Shown here in pieces: positions 1-8,605 of a stretch of DNA of 49,063 nucleotides (position 1 is the first letter of the stretch; the number at the start of each line of letters is the position of its first letter). A program made the position numbers and the translations under genes. The stretch lies in NCBI GenBank assembly GCA_035473835.1, contig DATINX010000046.1, positions 1 through 49,063 on the forward strand, given 5' to 3'. The DNA is from Candidatus Dormiibacterota bacterium (GTDB lineage Bacteria; Chloroflexota; Dormibacteria; Dormibacterales; Dormibacteraceae). The notes beneath the pieces were generated by a model, which was given only the letters and a program-made list of their open reading frames with translations, was not told where the DNA came from and searched no databases.

Positions 1-1452
1 CCGGCCCGCAGCGACCAAGAGGCGGACTCGCGCTGTGGAGTAGTCGTTGAATCCCTCCGAGTAGCCGACGTTCTTGAAGCCTGCAGCGAAACCGACACCG
101 CGGCGCACGCCCTCGCCGTGCGTCGTGTTGGATACGCCGCCAGGCATCTGGGTGAGGTCGAGACGGCCGCCGGCGACCGACGGCGGCAGGGGCATCGCCT
201 TCACGCTGCGCAGCAGCTCGGCGACCGGAACCGGGCCATCCACCACTTGCCCGGTGATGAGCCGGCTGCCCGTCTTCATCGCGTTGCGGACACGCAGCTC
301 GACCGGGTCCATCGACAGCGCCACGGCCAGCTTGTCCATCTGGGCCTCGTGCGCATAGCAGTTCTGCACCGAGCCAAAGCCCCGCATGGCGCCGCATGGC
401 GGATTGTTGCTGTACACGACCCAGCCGTCGATCGTGGCGTTCGGACATTCATAAGGTCCCACCGCGAAACAGCATGCGTTTGAGATGACGGCGGTCGAGC
501 TCGAGGCGTATGCGCCGCCGTCGAGCAAGATTCGCGCCTTGACGTAAACGAGCTTGCCGTCGCGCGTTGCGCCGTGCTCGTATCGCATCCGCGCCGGGTG
601 CCTGTGCACGTGCCCGACGAACGATTCCGCACGCGAGTAGGACATCTTCACAGGACGGCCCGTGCGCAGCGCAAGCATGCAGGCATGAGCCTGCATCGAC
701 AGGTCCTCGCGCGCACCGAAGGCACCGCCGATGCCGGCCATGGTCAGCCTGACCTTGTCCGGTGGCAGGCGAAGGCAGCCGGCCAGCTGTTCGCGGTCGA
801 CGTGGAGCCACTGCGTGGCGATGTACAGGTCGACGCCGCCATCTGCCGCAGGAATCGCAAGGCCTGATTCGGGCCCAAGGGGCGCCTGGTCCTGCATGCC
901 GACCTCGTACTCTCCCTTTACGACAACCTCCGCTTTGGGGTTCTGGTCGCCTCGCCGGATCTTGATCTGTCGCGTGACGTTGCCGTCGGGATGCAGCCGG
1001 GGCGCGCCATCGGTGAGGGCGAGCTCGGGATCGGTGAGCGGTGCCAAGACCTCGTACTCGACCCGGACCGCGTGCGCCGCCCGCCGGGCGTGCTCCGGGT
1101 GATCTGCGGCGACCAACGCGACCGCCTCGCCCCAGTAGCGCACGACCTCCATGGCCAGCACCGGCTGATCGGCGATCTCGAGCCCGTAGACCTTGCGGCC
1201 GGGCACGTCTTCATGAGTCAGCACGCCGTGGACTCCAGGCATGGACCGCGCCTCGGTCGCATCGATGGACAAGATTCGGGCGTACGGGTGCGGGCTGCGC
1301 ACGGTCGCACCCCAGAGCATCCCATCCACGACGAGATCGGACGAGTACGGGAACTCACCGCGCGTCTTCAGTCCGGCGTCGGGCCGGATGACCGGATCGC
1401 CGACGCGCCCCGTGACGGCCTGTGCCGGCACCAGCCGCGGCTTTGCGCTCAC
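1..1452 (-). CDS. Xanthine dehydrogenase-family molybdopterin-binding (large) subunit, 5' part only; the gene runs off the left edge
   Basis: Own minus-strand translation from GTG 1452-1450 gives VSAKPRLVPAQAVTGRVGDPVIRPDAGLKTRGEFPYSSDLVVDG... and, in frame, ...LTMAGIGGAFGAREDLSMQ.... This fits the N-terminal region of XDH/CoxL-type Mo subunits. The frame stays open to base 1. GTGA overlap with the Fe-S subunit stop. Absent from the ORF track because its stop is outside the window. Confidence 0.85.
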   Translation of the reverse strand, partial: MSAKPRLVPAQAVTGRVGDPVIRPDAGLKTRGEFPYSSDLVVDGMLWGATVRSPHPYARILSIDATEARSMPGVHGVLTHEDVPGRKVYGLEIADQPVLAMEVVRYWGEAVALVAADHPEHARRAAHAVRVEYEVLAPLTDPELALTDGAPRLHPDGNVTRQIKIRRGDQNPKAEVVVKGEYEVGMQDQAPLGPESGLAIPAADGGVDLYIATQWLHVDREQLAGCLRLPPDKVRLTMAGIGGAFGAREDLSMQAHACMLALRTGRPVKMSYSRAESFVGHVHRHPARMRYEHGATRDGKLVYVKARILLDGGAYASSSTAVISNACCFAVGPYECPNATIDGWVVYSNNPPCGAMRGFGSVQNCYAHEAQMDKLAVALSMDPVELRVRNAMKTGSRLITGQVVDGPVPVAELLRSVKAMPLPPSVAGGRLDLTQMPGGVSNTTHGEGVRRGVGFAAGFKNVGYSEGFNDYSTARVRLLVAAGR

Positions 1453-1919
1453 CTCACCGCCATGCGGCCTGCCGCCAGGTGCACAGCATCGATGATCTTG
1501 GCGTAGCCGGTGCATCGGCAGATGTTCCCCGCCAGCGCCTCGCGGATCTCAACGGTGCTTGGGTTCGGCTCGCGGCGAAGCAGCTCGTGCGTGGCGACCA
1601 CGAGGCCTGGTGTGCAGAAACCGCACTGGACCGCGCCCGCCTCCACGAACGCTTGCTGAATCGGGTGCAGCAATCCATCGGCACCAATTCCCTCCACGGT
1701 CAGCACCTCCCGGCCCTCGGCCTGCCCCGCGAGCACAAGGCAGGCGCAAACCAGGGCGCCATCGAGATACACCGAGCAGGATCCACACTCGCCCTGCTCG
1801 CACGCGTTCTTCGAACCGGGCAGGCCCATCCGCTCCCGTAAAACGAAGAGCAGGCTCTCGCCCGCCCAGACGCCGTCGGCGGACATGTGGCTGCCATTCA
1901 CCGTGCAGTTGACCTTCAA
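1449..1919 (-). CDS. Xanthine dehydrogenase-family [2Fe-2S] small subunit
   Basis: C-terminal 156 aa of ORF 1449..2105 carry two Fe-S cysteine clusters (CEQGECGSCSV; CGFCTPG...CRCTGY). Start set to TTG 1919-1917 (LKVNCTVNG), which overlaps the TGA of the FAD subunit (TTGA). The longer ORF-track N-terminus is Arg/Gly-rich shadow. Confidence 0.9.
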   Translation of the reverse strand: MKVNCTVNGSHMSADGVWAGESLLFVLRERMGLPGSKNACEQGECGSCSVYLDGALVCACLVLAGQAEGREVLTVEGIGADGLLHPIQQAFVEAGAVQCGFCTPGLVVATHELLRREPNPSTVEIREALAGNICRCTGYAKIIDAVHLAAGRMAVR

Positions 1920-2794
1920 GCCGCGGCCGTCCGTCGATACTCGTCCCACGCCCAGGTGAAGCTGCGGCGGGAGAGCACCGCCAGGGCATGCCTCCGATAG
2001 GCGGCAGTCCCACGCACGTCGTCGATGGGCCGCGCCGCCGAGGCGACGAGCTCCCCGAAGCGGGCCAGAACGCCGGGAGCAAGGATGCCGTCCGGCCGCT
2101 CCCACAGCCCCGCCTCGTCCAGCGCACGCTCGATGAATGCCTCGGCGCCTGGCGCGGTCACCGGCGTCGGGGCGGCCGAGCCGATGCCGGTGCCGACCTG
2201 CCGGGCGTCGACGTCGAGCGCAATCGAGAATGAGCAGACCGCGATCACCATCGCGTTTCGCGTGCCGACCTTCGAAAACTGCTGCGGTCCCTGTGCGGGC
2301 TTCATCAGGAAGGCGGCGATGAGCTCGTCTTTCCGAATCGCGCTGCGCTTCGGACCGGTGTAGAAGTCGCGTGCGGGGATCCGCCGGCTGCCGGCCGTCG
2401 AGGCCAGCTCCACGAACGCGTCGGAGGCCAGCAGCGGCGGGTGCGCGTCACCAGCCGGGGACGCCGACCCGAGGTTGCCGCCCACCGTGCCGCGATTCCG
2501 TATCTGGGGCGAGCCCACCGTGCGCGAGGCCATCGCCAGTCCGGGCAGCCGTTCTCCCAGCTCGTCGATGATCCGCGTGTATGTCATGCCCGCGCCGACG
2601 CGCAGAAGGCCGTCGTCCATCCCCCATTCGTTGAGCTCGGCGACCCGGGTGAGGTCGATGACCGCTGGTGGCCGCTGGCGGTCGAAGTTGATCTCCACCA
2701 TCACGTCGGTGCCGCCGGCTATGGGCAGCGCCTCGGGGTGGGCTGCCTTCATGGCGAGAGCCTCCGTCCATGTCGACGGCTGGAGGAACTCCAT
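1916..2794 (-). CDS. Xanthine dehydrogenase-family FAD-binding (medium) subunit
   Basis: 292 aa. Contains IAGGTDVMVEINF and RNRGTVGGNLGSASPAGD, typical of the FAD-binding domain of molybdopterin dehydrogenases (CoxM/XdhB type). Sits between uricase and the Fe-S subunit. Confidence 0.9.
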   Translation of the reverse strand: MEFLQPSTWTEALAMKAAHPEALPIAGGTDVMVEINFDRQRPPAVIDLTRVAELNEWGMDDGLLRVGAGMTYTRIIDELGERLPGLAMASRTVGSPQIRNRGTVGGNLGSASPAGDAHPPLLASDAFVELASTAGSRRIPARDFYTGPKRSAIRKDELIAAFLMKPAQGPQQFSKVGTRNAMVIAVCSFSIALDVDARQVGTGIGSAAPTPVTAPGAEAFIERALDEAGLWERPDGILAPGVLARFGELVASAARPIDDVRGTAAYRRHALAVLSRRSFTWAWDEYRRTAAA

Positions 2795-2797
2795 CCG

Positions 2798-3670
2798 TTA
2801 CCAGGCGAGGCCCGGCTCCGGGGCATCGTCGCGCGTCACGGTCCCTTCGATGAGCCCATACGGGCGGTCGGCGGCATGGAAGACCTCGTTGTCGTTCTCG
2901 AGCCCGAACGGCGACAGGTCGACGACGAAATGATGTCTGTTCGGGAGCGACAGGCGTACCTCGGCGATATCGGGTCGAGACTCGAGCACGGCGGATCCCA
3001 TCTCGTACAACGTTTGCTGCAGGGCGAGGCTGTGCTTGGACGCGAACGCTTCGATCAAGGCCGCGCGCGCCATGGCGAATGCTGCGGCCCAATCCGCGTC
3101 AAGCCGCCCGTACCGCCATCGCGCCACCACCGCCGTCGCCAGGACACGGTCATCCGTCTCCGCGAGGGTCGTGTAGCGGTCCTTGGGGAAGCCCCGGAAT
3201 TCGGAGCCGGTCGACTTGAGAAGGACAAGGTCGCCGAGCCCCGACACCACCCACGCGCCGCCTTTGGTGCATGTGACCATCGTCAGCCGCCTCTCGCAAC
3301 CGGCGCGAACGAACGCGTGAGGATGAGGCCGTCCGCCGACTTCGATCCGATCCCACAGAAACTCTTCAATCGACACCCGCGCTTGATGCACGGCGGCGAA
3401 TTCCCGGCTGAAATGTCGGGCCAGGCGCAGCGCGAACTCCTCGATCTCGCCGACTGGCCCTTCCTTCGCGAACGCAAACACGGTGTTCTTCTGCGTGTCG
3501 GTGGGGACGATCTTTCTGTTGTCGCCCGCGGTATGACTCGCGTCGAAGTCACCGGCGAGCATGACGCTCACGCTGACATCCTTGATCGAATGTGTCGGGC
3601 CGTCCTTGTTGACTCGGACAAGGTGTGTCTCGGCCTTGCCGTAATGGTTGTCACCGAGGACGATGGGCAT
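2798..3670 (-). CDS. uox: Urate oxidase (factor-independent urate hydroxylase)
   Basis: 290 aa beginning MPIVLGDNHYGKAETHLVRVNKDG...KIVPTDTQKNTVFAFAKE, a classic uricase N-terminus and length. Directly abuts the HIU hydrolase stop (3670/3671). Confidence 0.9.
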   Translation of the reverse strand: MPIVLGDNHYGKAETHLVRVNKDGPTHSIKDVSVSVMLAGDFDASHTAGDNRKIVPTDTQKNTVFAFAKEGPVGEIEEFALRLARHFSREFAAVHQARVSIEEFLWDRIEVGGRPHPHAFVRAGCERRLTMVTCTKGGAWVVSGLGDLVLLKSTGSEFRGFPKDRYTTLAETDDRVLATAVVARWRYGRLDADWAAAFAMARAALIEAFASKHSLALQQTLYEMGSAVLESRPDIAEVRLSLPNRHHFVVDLSPFGLENDNEVFHAADRPYGLIEGTVTRDDAPEPGLAW

Positions 3671-4000
3671 CTACGTGCCCCTGTACGTCGTGTAGCCGTA
3701 TGGACTGAGCAGCAGCGGCACGTGGAGGTGGCCGTCGTCCAGGTTGAAAACAACCGCCACGGCTGGATAGAAGGCGTTCAAACCCGAGCGCTCGAAATAT
3801 GGTCGAGTGTCGAACTCGAGGCGGTACTCGCCCGGCTCGAGCTCCTCGTCGGTGAGCTTGCGGATTCGTCCATCGGAGTCGGTCACCGCGGCGCCTACCT
3901 CCTTCCAATCGCCGTCGGGCTCGCGGCGGTGCAGAGTGACGCCAAGTCCCGCGGCGGGCGTGCCTCGCATCGTATCGAGCACGTGGGTCGAGATGCTCAT
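3671..4000 (-). CDS. uraH: 5-hydroxyisourate hydrolase (transthyretin-like)
   Basis: 109 aa beginning MSISTHVLDTMRGTPAAGLGVTL and ending HVPLLLSPYGYTTYRGT, the HIUase signature C-terminus. ATGA overlap with the upstream gene at 3997-4000. Confidence 0.9.
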   Translation of the reverse strand: MSISTHVLDTMRGTPAAGLGVTLHRREPDGDWKEVGAAVTDSDGRIRKLTDEELEPGEYRLEFDTRPYFERSGLNAFYPAVAVVFNLDDGHLHVPLLLSPYGYTTYRGT

Positions 4001-4479
4001 GAAACCAGCTCCGACAGCCGCCCGCGGGCGATCTGCGCGAGCTCGCGGCGCGCCTCGCCGAGCTCGGTGACGGGATCGTTCCTCATGCGCCGCCGCAACT
4101 CGGACAGGATCTCCTCCCCGCTCCGGCCGCCGGCCCTGATGAGAAAGACGTGCCCAAACCTCTCCTCATACTGCCGATTCTCGGCTTCGAGCGCCGCGAG
4201 GGTCACAGTTCCCGACTGCATGGCGCGGCTCTGCTCGTGCTGCGAGCTCTCCGGAGCGTCGCCGCCCCGCTCGCCGATCCGCGGATGGGCCTTGAACGCA
4301 GCCATCCAGTCGTCATCGGGCAGCCCGCTCAACGCCACCCAGGCAGCCGTGAGAAACGCTTGGGCATCCGTATACGGCCGGCGCGAGCACACCTCCGCCG
4401 CCCAGCGCCGATTGGCAAAGCACTTGTAGAGGCACTCTGCGGCTTCCTTCTCCGGCATCGCGTTGAAGTCCTCAATCAA
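3997..4479 (-). CDS. uraD: 2-oxo-4-hydroxy-4-carboxy-5-ureidoimidazoline (OHCU) decarboxylase
   Basis: Contains FKAHPRIGE...HEQS...YEERFGHVFLIRAGGRSGEEIL, the OHCU decarboxylase pattern. The start is uncertain: TTG 4479 (8-nt overlap with the ade stop), ATG 4458, or the ORF-track start 4518. Confidence 0.85.
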   Translation of the reverse strand: MIEDFNAMPEKEAAECLYKCFANRRWAAEVCSRRPYTDAQAFLTAAWVALSGLPDDDWMAAFKAHPRIGERGGDAPESSQHEQSRAMQSGTVTLAALEAENRQYEERFGHVFLIRAGGRSGEEILSELRRRMRNDPVTELGEARRELAQIARGRLSELVS

Positions 4480-6178
4480 TGCCCAGCGGCACCAGCTGGA
4501 AAGTGGCCACGTCCACAAGCCCGCGGTCGGTGATCTTCAGCTCGGGGATGACCGACAGGGCAAGAAAGCTCTGCGTCATGAAGGGCGCGTTCAGGGTCAC
4601 TCCCATTGCGGCCAGGCGCCTCTCCATCGAACGAAGCCTCTCGTATACGAAGGCCAGCGGCTCATCGCTCATGAGCCCCGCCACAGGCAGCGGCAGCTCC
4701 TCGACGACGCGGCCCCCCTCCGCGACCACTATCCCGCCGCCGATTTCGGACAGCCGGCACGCGCACGCGGCCATGTCCGCATCGTCGACCCCGAGCACGA
4801 CCATGTTGTGGGCGTCGTGTGCGACCGTCGATGCGAACGCCCCGCGCTTGAGGCCGACGTTGGTGACGAAGCCCAGGCCGATGCGGCCGCTGGCATGGTG
4901 GCGTTCGACGACCGCGATCTTGACCAGGTCTCGCGCCGGGTCGGCCACGATGGCGCCCTCGCGCACGCTGGGCTCCGCCACCTCCGTCCCGGTCAGCAGC
5001 TGGCCTGGAACCACCTTGATCACTCGAATGCGCGCGGGGCCGGCCGGGATCCGGAACGACGACGACGCCACCGGCGCCAGGTGCACCGTCTGTCTGACCC
5101 ATTCGGGTACCGAGAGCTTGGCGAAACGCGGATGCACGCCTCGCTTGAACACTTCGCGCGGCGAGAAGGACTTGAGGTCGTCGAGGACCAGGATGTCGGC
5201 CTGGTATCCGGGAGCGATGGCGCCTAGATGCCACAACCGGTGATAGATGGCGGGGTTGATGGTGGCCATTACGATCGCGTCTTCGGGACTCACACCCTCC
5301 GCTACAGCGAATCGCACCATCTGGTTGATGTGGCCCTCCTCGACGATGAAGCTGGGCTCCCGATCGTCCGTGCAGAACATGCACCAGTCGGTGCCGAATC
5401 TCTTGACAAGGGGTAGCAGGTCGCCAAGATTGCGCGCGATCGAAGCCTCACGCATCATCACCCACATGCCGAGGCGACGCTTCTCCAATGCCTCGTCGTA
5501 AGTGGTCGCCTCGTGGTCGGAGCGGATCCCCGCGGCGATATAGGCGTTGAGCGCCGGGCCGTGCACACCAGGCGCGTGGCCGTCCACATGGTTGGTGAGC
5601 CCGGTGGTCAACTTCGACAACTCCGCCGCGTCGCCCGCGATGACCCCTGGAAAGTTCATCATCTCGGCCACACCGATGGTGCGGTGGCGGCGCAGCAGGC
5701 TCTCGATGTCGCCAGTGGTGAACGGCCGCCGAGGCGACTCGAAATGCGAAGCGGGAACACACGAAGATGCCATGACGTAGACGTCGAGCGGCAGGTCGGC
5801 GCAGCAGTCGAGGATCCAGTGGATGCCATCGGAGCCGAGCACGTTGGCGATCTCGTGAGGGTCGGCGACGACCGCAGTGGTGCCGCGGGCCAGCACCGCC
5901 CGCGCGAACTCGTCGACCATGAGCTTGGAGGACTCGATGTGCATGTGGGCGTCGATGAATCCCGGGACGAGGTAGGCGCCCGCCACGTCCCGGCGCTCGC
6001 GTCCCCCATATCGGCCCAGCCCGACCACATGGCCGTCCTTGATGGCCACGTCGACGTCCAGCCATTCCTTGGTGAACACCGAAAGCACCTTGCCGCCGGC
6101 CAGCACGAGGTCGGCCGGCTCGTCACCCCGCGCGACAGCCATCCAATGCGCGTCGATAAGGGTCAAGGATAAGGCCAC
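4472..6178 (-). CDS. ade: Adenine deaminase
   Basis: 568 aa. Contains VPGFIDAHMHIESSKL (amidohydrolase metal site), the ADPHEIANV motif, and the length and architecture of AdeC-type adenine deaminases. The exact start is ambiguous: GTG 6178 directly abuts a GGAGG, so TTG 6166 or ATG 6142 are also possible. Confidence 0.88.
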   Translation of the reverse strand: MALSLTLIDAHWMAVARGDEPADLVLAGGKVLSVFTKEWLDVDVAIKDGHVVGLGRYGGRERRDVAGAYLVPGFIDAHMHIESSKLMVDEFARAVLARGTTAVVADPHEIANVLGSDGIHWILDCCADLPLDVYVMASSCVPASHFESPRRPFTTGDIESLLRRHRTIGVAEMMNFPGVIAGDAAELSKLTTGLTNHVDGHAPGVHGPALNAYIAAGIRSDHEATTYDEALEKRRLGMWVMMREASIARNLGDLLPLVKRFGTDWCMFCTDDREPSFIVEEGHINQMVRFAVAEGVSPEDAIVMATINPAIYHRLWHLGAIAPGYQADILVLDDLKSFSPREVFKRGVHPRFAKLSVPEWVRQTVHLAPVASSSFRIPAGPARIRVIKVVPGQLLTGTEVAEPSVREGAIVADPARDLVKIAVVERHHASGRIGLGFVTNVGLKRGAFASTVAHDAHNMVVLGVDDADMAACACRLSEIGGGIVVAEGGRVVEELPLPVAGLMSDEPLAFVYERLRSMERRLAAMGVTLNAPFMTQSFLALSVIPELKITDRGLVDVATFQLVPLGID

Positions 6179-6255
6179 CCTCCGGCAAAGGGTTCAGCAC
6201 GACTGCTGATACCCCTGAACCAGCACGCGTGGAGAAGCGTCGCCGCGCCCGGCCC

Positions 6256-7155
6256 CTAGAGTCGCCGCGCGACGGGTTCGACAGACCGCGGGGTTGATGC
6301 GGCTCGCGCCCGGCGTGTGGCCAGCGTCGAGCCGAGCAGGACGAGGACGAAGCCGATGCCCATGCCCATGGTGAAGGTCTCGCGCAAGACGAGGACGCCG
6401 GCGACGGCGGCGACGGCCGGGTTGATATATGTGATCACGGTGGCGCGCACCGGCCCGATCTCGGCGATGAGAGCCCAGAAAAGCAGAAATGCCAACGCGG
6501 TGCAGATGAACGCGAGCACTGCTACCGAGCCGAGCACACCCGCGCTGGGGATGGTTCGCGGCCACTGGATGGCGGCGACCGGCGCATATGCCACCGCACA
6601 CAATGTCAGCGAAACGGCGATCACGCTCACCGACGGCAGACCGCTCAGGTGGCGGGACAGGATTGCCGGGCCGGCCGCGTAGCCGACGACGACGACGGCC
6701 ATCTCCGCCAGCGGGAGCCAGCCTGTGGCGCGAAGGTCGAAGCCTACGATGACGGCAACACCCGCGATGCCGAGTAGCAGGCCGGCGAGGTTGAGGGCCC
6801 CGATCCGCTCGCGCGTGGCGAAGAGTGGCGCCATCAGCACCCCGACCAGGGGCACGGCCGATATGAGCAAACCGGCAAGCGAGCTCGAAATGTGCTGTTC
6901 AGCGTTGGAGAGCGCAAGCCACGGAAACCCGATCTCGATGGCAGCGAAAGCGACGAGCGGGCGCCACTTTCCGATCAATGCGCGGGTTCCCCCACGGCGG
7001 ATGGCGATGGGCAGAAGCACGAGAGCGGCGACACCCGTGCGCAAGAAGACCAGCGTGGCCGGGCTCAGCTCGCCGACCGCGATGCGGATGAACAGATAGG
7101 GGATGCCCCAGATCACGCACATCGCCGCGAACAACAGGAAACCGCGGCGGGTCAT
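6256..7155 (-). CDS. EamA/DMT-family transporter (10-TM permease)
   Basis: Hydrophobic protein with two EamA-like halves. Start set to ATG 7155 (MTRRGFLLFAAMCVIWGIPYLFIRIAV). The 59 aa upstream in the ORF track are non-membrane shadow that overlaps the dinB side. Confidence 0.8.
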   Translation of the reverse strand: MTRRGFLLFAAMCVIWGIPYLFIRIAVGELSPATLVFLRTGVAALVLLPIAIRRGGTRALIGKWRPLVAFAAIEIGFPWLALSNAEQHISSSLAGLLISAVPLVGVLMAPLFATRERIGALNLAGLLLGIAGVAVIVGFDLRATGWLPLAEMAVVVVGYAAGPAILSRHLSGLPSVSVIAVSLTLCAVAYAPVAAIQWPRTIPSAGVLGSVAVLAFICTALAFLLFWALIAEIGPVRATVITYINPAVAAVAGVLVLRETFTMGMGIGFVLVLLGSTLATRRARAASTPRSVEPVARRL

Positions 7156-7238
7156 CACGGTCCCAACAATGCCCTGGGCCGCCCTATTCCCGCACGACAT
7201 CCGAACCGTCGGGGGATCGCCATTGGGTCTCGCGTTGT

Positions 7239-7254
7239 GCAAACATTTGTTCGT
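7239..7254. promoter_or_regulatory. Candidate LexA/SOS box (GCAAACATTTGTTCGT) at the 5' end of dinB
   Basis: AAC-N4-GTTC core, one mismatch from the GAAC-N4-GTTC (Cheo-type/actinobacterial TCGAAC-N4-GTTCGA) consensus. It lies in the EamA/dinB divergent region and overlaps the in-frame TTG 7247 and GTG 7253 start candidates. Confidence 0.4.
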
Positions 7255-8536
7255 GGCGAGACCTGCGCCCGAATCTGCAGTCGAGCTCGGCCTGAACACA
7301 GCGGACCCGGCGACCCTGGTCGTCGACCTCAACTGCGCGTTCGCGTCTATCGAGCAGCAACACGACCCCGCCCTGCGCGGCCGTCCCCTGGCAGTCGCAG
7401 CCTACGCAACCGATGCCGCCACGATCGTGTCCGCGTCGAGGGAGGCTCGCGATCTGGGCATCAAGACGGGGATGCGAGTTTTCGAGGCGAAAGCGATCTT
7501 TCCGCAGATCGCCGTCCAGGAGCCAAACCCACCCCGCTACCGGGCGGTATCCGACCAGCTCATCGAGATCATGAGAAGACACAGCCCCGATGTCCTGCGC
7601 ATGTCGATCGACGAAGCCTCGATGAACCTCGCCGGAACGCCCAACCTCGTCAAGCTCGGTCCGGAGGGCGTCGGCCGCGCGATCAAGGCCGCACTGCGCC
7701 GCGAGGTCGGCGAGTGCATCACCAGCTCGGTCGGAATATCGACGTCGATCTGGATGGCCAAGCAAGCGTCCAACCTCGACAAGCGCAACGGCCAGGAGCG
7801 GATCGACCACACCAACCTCGTCGCGGTATTCGCACGCCGGCAGCTCACGGATCTTTCGGGGATCGCCGAGGCCACCGCGCACCGGCTGTCGCGCGCCGGC
7901 ATCCTGACCCCACTCGAATTCCTGCGCGCGAGTCCCGAACGCCTGCGCCTCGCCGGCATGCATCGCCCGGTGGCGGAAGCCTGGCTCCAACGACTGCGAG
8001 GATTCGAGGTCGGTTCCTTCGAGAGCATCACCCGCAAGAGCTACAGCCACTCGCACGTTCTCGCGCGCGCCACCAGCTCACAGGGAGAGCTCGAGGAGCT
8101 GCTGATGCGCCTGTCCGAGATGGTCGGGCGCCGGCTCCGGGCGGCCGGGCGGCGCGGGCGGGTCGTGTCCGTCGGGGTGGTCTATCGACCGGACGAGGGG
8201 CGCTTCTCGAAGCAATCGACCATGGCCAATCCGCTCGGAACCGGGGAGGAGATCTATCGGGCGGCGCTCGCGCTCCTCGCCGATCGCGACGTCCGGCGCC
8301 TCGTGGGAACCCTGGGGGTCGGGCTGTCGGGCCTGACCGAGGCCGACAACGGCCAGCTGGACCTCTTCGCGACCTCCACCCCGCCTCGGCGCGAGCGGCT
8401 GGAGGTGGCAATGGACGCCATCCGTGATCGTTTTGGCGAGGGTGCGGTGCAGCGGGCCAGGCTGCTGGGTCGCGCCAGGGTGGTCCGAGATCGGATCGCG
8501 TTCGGCAACACCGGGCACCCCGACGACGAAAGGTGA
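7253..8536 (+). CDS. dinB: Y-family DNA polymerase IV
   Basis: Contains LVVDLNCAFASIEQQHDPALRGRPLAV, SIDEASMNL (catalytic D-E) and DLSGIAEATAHRL. The start is uncertain: GTG 7253 or TTG 7247 are preferred, because ATG 7169 or 7103 would abut or overlap the divergent EamA start. Confidence 0.8.
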   Translation: MARPAPESAVELGLNTADPATLVVDLNCAFASIEQQHDPALRGRPLAVAAYATDAATIVSASREARDLGIKTGMRVFEAKAIFPQIAVQEPNPPRYRAVSDQLIEIMRRHSPDVLRMSIDEASMNLAGTPNLVKLGPEGVGRAIKAALRREVGECITSSVGISTSIWMAKQASNLDKRNGQERIDHTNLVAVFARRQLTDLSGIAEATAHRLSRAGILTPLEFLRASPERLRLAGMHRPVAEAWLQRLRGFEVGSFESITRKSYSHSHVLARATSSQGELEELLMRLSEMVGRRLRAAGRRGRVVSVGVVYRPDEGRFSKQSTMANPLGTGEEIYRAALALLADRDVRRLVGTLGVGLSGLTEADNGQLDLFATSTPPRRERLEVAMDAIRDRFGEGAVQRARLLGRARVVRDRIAFGNTGHPDDER

Positions 8537-8605
8537 GCCCGGCAGGGGTTGAGGCGGTTCAGAGGTGGCGAAGCCGGCGACGGAAGGAACATGGTCAGGA
8601 TTGCC

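Noticed and set aside
2441-4429. Very long ORFs on the strand opposite to well-supported genes: 2441..4429 (+, 662 aa), 6892..8427 (+), 15021..16307 (+), 25817..26938 (-), 30972..32447 (+), 38118..39527 (+), 46009..47190 (+) and 17627..18637 (-).
   Set aside because: They are Arg/Gly/Pro/His-rich with no family resemblance, and each is antisense to a gene with clear motifs (uricase/HIUase, dinB, SDR, ferritin-like, trpB2, DUF5996/lactonase, glgM). These are typical stop-poor shadow frames of GC-rich DNA.
6179-6255. Purine riboswitch upstream of the adenine deaminase operon.
   Set aside because: Only 77 nt are available, and the conserved purine-riboswitch junction and loop sequences are not present. 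Only a simple 7-bp inverted repeat is seen.
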